Shown: positions 59,063-64,000 of the stretch, one piece after another
Position numbering within the stretch: position 1 is the stretch's first letter
Layout: each line of letters starts with the position of its first letter
Assembly: GCA_963664395.2 (NCBI GenBank)
Contig: OY761159.2
Coordinates: 1,408,001 to 1,472,000, forward strand
DNA length: 64,000 bases
Direction: 5' to 3'
Source: Candidatus Binatia bacterium
GTDB lineage: Bacteria > Desulfobacterota > Binatia > Bin18
Notes under the pieces: model-generated
What the model saw: only the letters and a program-made list of their open reading frames with translations
What the model was told of the DNA's origin: nothing
Database searches by the model: none
Translations under genes and position numbers: made by a program

Positions 59063-59071
59063 TGCGGCAAC

Positions 59072-60025
59072 CTACCCTACCTCAGAAACATCCTCTTTGG
59101 ACTGAGCGGAGCCCTCTGTGGGCGGAAAGACCAGCGAGGCGACAATCGTAACGGTCAGGACCAGCGCGATTACGCCCAGGGAAAGGCCAATGGGAATATG
59201 ATACACGTCAACCAATACCATTTTGACGCCAACAAAGCTGAGCACCACGCCCAGGCCGTAGCGCAGATAGACAAACAGATCGAGCACACCGGCAACCAGG
59301 AAATATAACGCGCGTAAGCCCAAAATGGCCAGGACGTTTGAGGTGTAGACAATGAAGGGGTCGTCGGTGACAGCAAAAATGGCGGGAATCGAGTCAATCG
59401 CAAAGATCAGGTCCGTACTTTCTACAGAAACGAGGACGACTAAGAGGGGAGTGGCAAAGAGCTGACCCTGATGACGGACGAAGAAATGTTGGCCCTCGTA
59501 TTTGTCCGTGACCGGTATAAAACGCCGTAAGAGTTGAATCGCAGGATTATCCTCCGGATTGGATTCAGCGTCCTTAGAGGCAGCAATCTTGACGCCGGTG
59601 AAGATCAGGAAGGCCCCAAAGACATACATGACCCAGTGGAAATAGTGCAGCAGCGTCGCCCCGACGGCAATGAAAATACCGCGCATGACGAGCGCACCGA
59701 GAATCCCCCAGAACAGAATACGGTGCTGATACACCAGGGGAACGGAAAAGTAGGAGAAGATCAGCAAAAAGACAAAGATATTGTCAACGCTGAGCGATTT
59801 TTCAATCAAATAACCGGCAAGAAATTCCAAGGCCGGTTCAGACCCACTGGTGTAATAAATCCCGGCGTTAAAGACCAGGGACAGGCCGATCCAGACAAGA
59901 CTCCATATACCGGCCTCTTTGCGTGACACCTCGCGGGCTTCACGATGGAAAACCCCCAGGTCCAGAATCAGCAAGACGAGAACGATAGCAGTGAAACCGA
60001 CCCAGAGACCGATGCTGGATGACAT
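59072..60025 (-). CDS. TerC/Alx-family membrane protein
   Basis: EKSLSVDNIFVF, DLIFAIDSIPA, AILGLRALY. Confidence 0.93.
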   Translation of the reverse strand: MSSSIGLWVGFTAIVLVLLILDLGVFHREAREVSRKEAGIWSLVWIGLSLVFNAGIYYTSGSEPALEFLAGYLIEKSLSVDNIFVFLLIFSYFSVPLVYQHRILFWGILGALVMRGIFIAVGATLLHYFHWVMYVFGAFLIFTGVKIAASKDAESNPEDNPAIQLLRRFIPVTDKYEGQHFFVRHQGQLFATPLLVVLVSVESTDLIFAIDSIPAIFAVTDDPFIVYTSNVLAILGLRALYFLVAGVLDLFVYLRYGLGVVLSFVGVKMVLVDVYHIPIGLSLGVIALVLTVTIVASLVFPPTEGSAQSKEDVSEVG

Positions 60026-60058
60026 GCGTACGCTCGTGAGTTTGGCGGTCTGCGGTGG

Positions 60059-60949
60059 TTACATTTCCCCGGTTAAATTCTGATAAATTTCCTGGTAGCG
60101 GGAGGCAGCCTGATCGATAATATCCTGCGGCAAATGCGGGGCGGGCGGTCTGCGGTCCCAGCCCAGGGAAATCAGATAATTACGAATAATCTGTTTGTCG
60201 TAGCTGTCCTGGGATTTACCGGGCTGGTAGCTTGCGATCCGCCAAAAGCGCGACGAGTCCGGCGTAAAGGCTTCATCAATAAGAATGAGTTGGCCGTCGC
60301 ACTGACCGAACTCGAATTTCGTATCCGCTAAGAAAAAGCCTTTGGTTTCCGCATAGGCGTGGGCGCTCTGGTACAGGGCCAAGCTAAGGTCCCGCACTTG
60401 AGCGGCCAGGTCCGAGCCAATTAAGCGTTCGACTTCCGCAAAGGCAATATTCTCGTCATGCGCGCCTTCCGGGGCCTTTGTTGAGGGCGTAAAAATAGGT
60501 TCCGGCAGCCGCTCACTCTCCCGTAATCCTTGGGGCAATGAGATACCACACACGGTTCCACTCGCACGATATTCCTGCCAACCGGACCCGGCTAAATACC
60601 CGCGGACTATACATTCTACGGGCAAGGGCTCAGCTTTTTTGACCAACATGGAGCGACCGGCCAGACTGTCACGAGCGGACTGAAAAACAGCCGGAAACGC
60701 ATCAACGTCAACAGCAATGAGATGGTGCGGCATAATGTCGGCTAAGCGCTCAAACCAAAAACGCGACACTTGGGTCAGGACCCGTCCCTTGCCTGATATG
60801 CCCTCGTGCAGTACGACATCGAAGGCCGAGACGCGGTCGGTTGCCACGATCAACAGATGTTCGTCGGTTTCGTAAATATCGCGGACTTTTCCGCGTCGGG
60901 GTGGCGGGAGTCCCTCTATACTCGTTGTTAATATAATGGGTTCACTCAT
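60059..60949 (-). CDS. purC: SAICAR synthetase
   Basis: GKVRDIY, DRVSAFD, VECIVRGYLAGS, DTKFEFG, TPDSSRFW. Confidence 0.96.
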   Translation of the reverse strand: MSEPIILTTSIEGLPPPRRGKVRDIYETDEHLLIVATDRVSAFDVVLHEGISGKGRVLTQVSRFWFERLADIMPHHLIAVDVDAFPAVFQSARDSLAGRSMLVKKAEPLPVECIVRGYLAGSGWQEYRASGTVCGISLPQGLRESERLPEPIFTPSTKAPEGAHDENIAFAEVERLIGSDLAAQVRDLSLALYQSAHAYAETKGFFLADTKFEFGQCDGQLILIDEAFTPDSSRFWRIASYQPGKSQDSYDKQIIRNYLISLGWDRRPPAPHLPQDIIDQAASRYQEIYQNLTGEM

Positions 60950-61104
60950 GACCGTGTTTTCTCTCCCCTGGACAAATTCAATACTATCATAATGAACAAT
61001 GTCGCGATTCTAGCAGACTCACGATTCTTCTCTACCGGCCTCAGGCTCCAGCCATCCTTTTTCCTCCAGATAGCTCCACACCATTCGGATATCGGCATCA
61101 TATC

Positions 61105-62301
61105 TCAGATCACGCTAGCCTGCTTCAAGGCTGAGAGACGGTCTTCATCAAGCCCGAGTTCGTCACCATACACTTCGGCATTGTGCTCGCCCAGGAGGGG
61201 CGGACGGCGTGCAATGCGCCACGGCGTGGCGGTGAAGTGGATGGGACCGCCAGGGTATGGCAGCGTACGGCCTAACTCCGGATGCTCAATATCGGAGAAA
61301 AAGCCTCGGTCGTTCAACTGGGGATCATCTACCAAGGCTTCGGGCGGTCGGACCATGGCATACGGGATACGCCGGAGCTGGGCGCCTTCCATGAGTTCAG
61401 CCACACTGTAGTCTTTGGCCCAGTCATCGAGCATATCAAACAGGTGTTCGGCATGCTCTTTTCGATAGGTCAGATCTTCCCATTGCGGGTCTTCCAGGTC
61501 GTGTCCCTGTTCATCGCCCTTGACCCATTCGACCAGCGAGGTCCAGTCCCCAAGCGAGCAGTGCATGACATAGCCATCACGACATTCAGCCACGCGAAAA
61601 TAGCGACTCCAGTGCAGGCTGCCGCGGCGTTTCTCAATGCCCAGCCCCTGGTGATAAAACGGCGCCACATGTTCCACTGCCCCGGCGACGGCTTCCTGCA
61701 TGCTCACGTCTACCCACTGGCCTTCGCCTATGGCATCCCGCGCCCATAGGGCCGACAGCGTGCCGATCGCGGCAAAAAAAGAGGCGCTGTGGTAGGCTTG
61801 CAGGCCCATGCCCTGCAGCGGTGGCTCATCTGGAAAACCGTTGGTCCACAGCATGCCGCCAAGGGCCTCGGCCACCATGTCTGAGGAGCGGTACTCTTTA
61901 TATGGCCCAGTTTGGCCAAAGGGCGTAATGGAGGTGAACACCAGATTGGGCTGTACCTGCTTCAGATCCGCATAGCCCAAACCGAGCTGGGCGAGGGTCC
62001 CCGGTGCGGCTGATTCAACCAGAATGTCCGTCTTTGCGACCAGTTGTTTGAGAAGCTCCTGTCCGGCTTTCTGGTTCAGGTCAAGGGTAATGCCACGTTT
62101 GCTCGTATTATAGAACCAGAACAGCAGGCTCCGGTCACAGTGCGGTTTGCCGTCGAGAAATGGTCCAATGCGACGCATGGCGTCCCCATCTGGTGGCTCG
62201 ATCTTGATGACATCCGCCCCCATATCGCCAAAGAGTTTGGCGCACAGGGCGCCTTTGAGGTCGGTCAGGTCAAGAATCCGAAGTCCAGCCAAGGCAGTCA
62301 T
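61105..62301 (-). CDS. Family III CoA-transferase, BbsE-like subunit
   Basis: DMGADVIKIEPP, NTSKRGITLD, SITPFGQTGP; LQAYHSAS at the position of the catalytic Asp. Confidence 0.9.
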   Translation of the reverse strand: MTALAGLRILDLTDLKGALCAKLFGDMGADVIKIEPPDGDAMRRIGPFLDGKPHCDRSLLFWFYNTSKRGITLDLNQKAGQELLKQLVAKTDILVESAAPGTLAQLGLGYADLKQVQPNLVFTSITPFGQTGPYKEYRSSDMVAEALGGMLWTNGFPDEPPLQGMGLQAYHSASFFAAIGTLSALWARDAIGEGQWVDVSMQEAVAGAVEHVAPFYHQGLGIEKRRGSLHWSRYFRVAECRDGYVMHCSLGDWTSLVEWVKGDEQGHDLEDPQWEDLTYRKEHAEHLFDMLDDWAKDYSVAELMEGAQLRRIPYAMVRPPEALVDDPQLNDRGFFSDIEHPELGRTLPYPGGPIHFTATPWRIARRPPLLGEHNAEVYGDELGLDEDRLSALKQASVI

Positions 62302-62323
62302 GCAGGAGCACTCCCTCTTCTTG

Positions 62324-63919
62324 CTACAATTTGACAAACACGTCTCTGGCCTCTTCGCTAGTCAGTTGGGAGACGCTCGTAATTCTATCGCTGAAAGGTG
62401 TGAGAGAACCAAGCGAACTGGTGCCAACGTCGATCAGAATTGAGAAGAGCGAGAAGCCGAGCGCGTTCTTTTGTGTGGCAAAGCGTTCGGCCCAGTCGGC
62501 GTGGACCCGGCATTCGCCGTCGGTAATAAACACGATATCACCGCGCTGAAAACGGGACTCCTGGATACACGCCAGGGCCGCGTCGAGAGGTTTTTCAAAA
62601 TCAGTCCCACCGCCAGGGAAGTATTCCGCCAGCTCCATGACCTTGTCCATTGCCGCTTCATGCCGCACACGAGCGTTGAGATCGACACTATACAGGGGAG
62701 CATCCGCAGACGAGAAACAAATCGCCCGAAACAGGCGCCGTTCGCGTCGGGCAATTTCAAGGAGCGTTAACGTCAGCGCTTTGGCCCAGATTTCTTTGTC
62801 ACCCAGCATGGAGGAGCTCCCGTCGAGACAGACGATAAGCGGGCCTTTGCCTTGCTCCTCCACCCCGCGCAAGTCGTACTGTAAGAGTTCGTTATCCACA
62901 AAGCGCCGGATAAAGTCTTTGCGGAGCAGCGGATGCCGGAGGCCTGCCAACTCGGACGGGAGTAAGCGACTCAACTCGGCACCAACCCCGACTTCAAAGA
63001 CCTCGTCATTGGTGCGTTCAAAGCTCTTCCGCCGCAAGGCGAGGGCATGGTGCTTCATCCGCCCGACCATCTTGGCCAACTTTTTCAGCTTGTCATTCCC
63101 AGCCAGACGCTTGCCCAGTTCAATCTGGCGGCCGGGTGAAGATTGGTGGCCCCCACCAACGACCATGCCCCATGACTCGGCCTCCTGGGTCGCGTCGTCG
63201 AGATTTTGCGCAACCGTAATCGCTTCTTTGAGAAAACGATTGTGGGTCTCCGTGTGTACCCGGGACAGGTCTTGGTCGAGCTGTTTGGCCAGGCGTCGCA
63301 GCCGGGTGTCTTCGGCCCGCGCCTGGCTGGCCATACGCTCGGCCGTTTGTTCGAGCAGCGCTTTGACTTCTTGTGAGATATCCTCCGCAGTATCCGCTTG
63401 TTCAGCCAGGTCTTTTGCATTCCGGGCTTCGTCGATGCGTTCCTGTACCAGCGCTTCTTGCTTCTCTACGTTCCAGACATCAAGCAAGTCGCGCCGGGTC
63501 AGTGGCTTTTCAGATTTCAGCACGCGGAGGGCACCTTCGCCCAAGAGCACGGTGGCCAGTCCGGCCTGCCCCTCATCCAGGACGGTGGCTTCTCGCAGCA
63601 GGTTCGCCAACTCGCCGGTATGCAGCGCGGTGAGTAATTCTCGGTTCACGGCTGCGCTGGGGAGCACGTTGTCAGCCTTGAAAAAGACGACATTATATTT
63701 GAACAGCGCACAAAAAAGATCGCGCAGGAGCGCCTCAAAGTGAGGCAGGAGAGGCGCGCCGCTTTCTTCCAAGGTACGTAAAGAGGGGGATGCAGCGCGG
63801 AGCTTCTGATAGACCGCCCGGTCATACGAGTCGCTCTCAACCCAGGATACATTATCTGGAAGCGGCTCCGGTGGAGGGAGGGCGAATGTGGATTTTTTCT
63901 TGGCGCGCCGGCGCGGCAT
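62324..63919 (-). CDS. VWA-domain protein (ViaA/CoxE-like)
   Basis: RLLPSEL, MIDAS CLDGSSSM, GGGTDF, FITDGE. Confidence 0.85.
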   Translation of the reverse strand: MPRRRAKKKSTFALPPPEPLPDNVSWVESDSYDRAVYQKLRAASPSLRTLEESGAPLLPHFEALLRDLFCALFKYNVVFFKADNVLPSAAVNRELLTALHTGELANLLREATVLDEGQAGLATVLLGEGALRVLKSEKPLTRRDLLDVWNVEKQEALVQERIDEARNAKDLAEQADTAEDISQEVKALLEQTAERMASQARAEDTRLRRLAKQLDQDLSRVHTETHNRFLKEAITVAQNLDDATQEAESWGMVVGGGHQSSPGRQIELGKRLAGNDKLKKLAKMVGRMKHHALALRRKSFERTNDEVFEVGVGAELSRLLPSELAGLRHPLLRKDFIRRFVDNELLQYDLRGVEEQGKGPLIVCLDGSSSMLGDKEIWAKALTLTLLEIARRERRLFRAICFSSADAPLYSVDLNARVRHEAAMDKVMELAEYFPGGGTDFEKPLDAALACIQESRFQRGDIVFITDGECRVHADWAERFATQKNALGFSLFSILIDVGTSSLGSLTPFSDRITSVSQLTSEEARDVFVKL

Positions 63920-63948
63920 AGTGATCCTATGGTGATATTGCGGACGTC

Positions 63949-64000
63949 TCAGAGCCTTTCCAATAACTGGCCCTGAATGGCTTGAATCTCCCGTTTCGCA
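63949..64000 (-). CDS. Probable 3' end of an upstream gene (product unknown; a MoxR AAA+ ATPase would be expected)
   Basis: Open frame AKREIQAIQGQLLERL* ends 30 nt before the VWA gene; the identity is inferred from context only. Confidence 0.3.
   Translation of the reverse strand, partial: AKREIQAIQGQLLERL

Noticed and set aside
60026-60058. yybP-ykoY riboswitch upstream of the terC-family gene
   Set aside because: Only 33 nt separate purC and terC, too short to hold one.

Overview
A 64-kb window of a GC-rich bacterial chromosome. Gene style suggests a deltaproteobacterial or Binatia-like organism, possibly host-associated; this is inference only. From left to right: (1) A minus-strand run of an IsdG/ABM monooxygenase, tldD, tldE, a large secreted HExxH metalloprotease with a duplicated C-terminal domain, and a TonB-dependent receptor broken by both a nonsense codon and a frameshift. 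(2) An RRM protein with a structured, terminator-containing leader, then an FKBP PPIase. (3) A three-gene di-myo-inositol-phosphate-type cluster (ino1, IMPase family, IPCT/DIPPS). (4) A defence island downstream of tRNA-Asn containing a LexA remnant, vapBC modules, a type I R-M operon headed by a Cap4-like nuclease-NTPase-helical repeat (Avs/NLR-like) gene, a vapBC cassette flanked by a 35-bp direct repeat that duplicates the higA 5' end, and REP-like repeats at both ends. (5) Core genes recR-ybaB-dnaX-ffs-tRNA-Ser, a complex I cluster lacking nuoB/F/G/I, cobS, LysR, an amino-acid symporter, two pairs of family III CoA-transferases, tatBC, an HDAC-family gene, terC family, purC and a VWA protein. 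(6) A Cas4-like nuclease split into two translationally coupled, membrane-anchored halves with no CRISPR array nearby, plus several orphan TA components. The strongest candidates for an undescribed system are the split membrane Cas4 pair (52694-53424) and the Avs-like gene coupled to hsdM (23858-27979). All assignments come from motif reading by eye; no searches were run.
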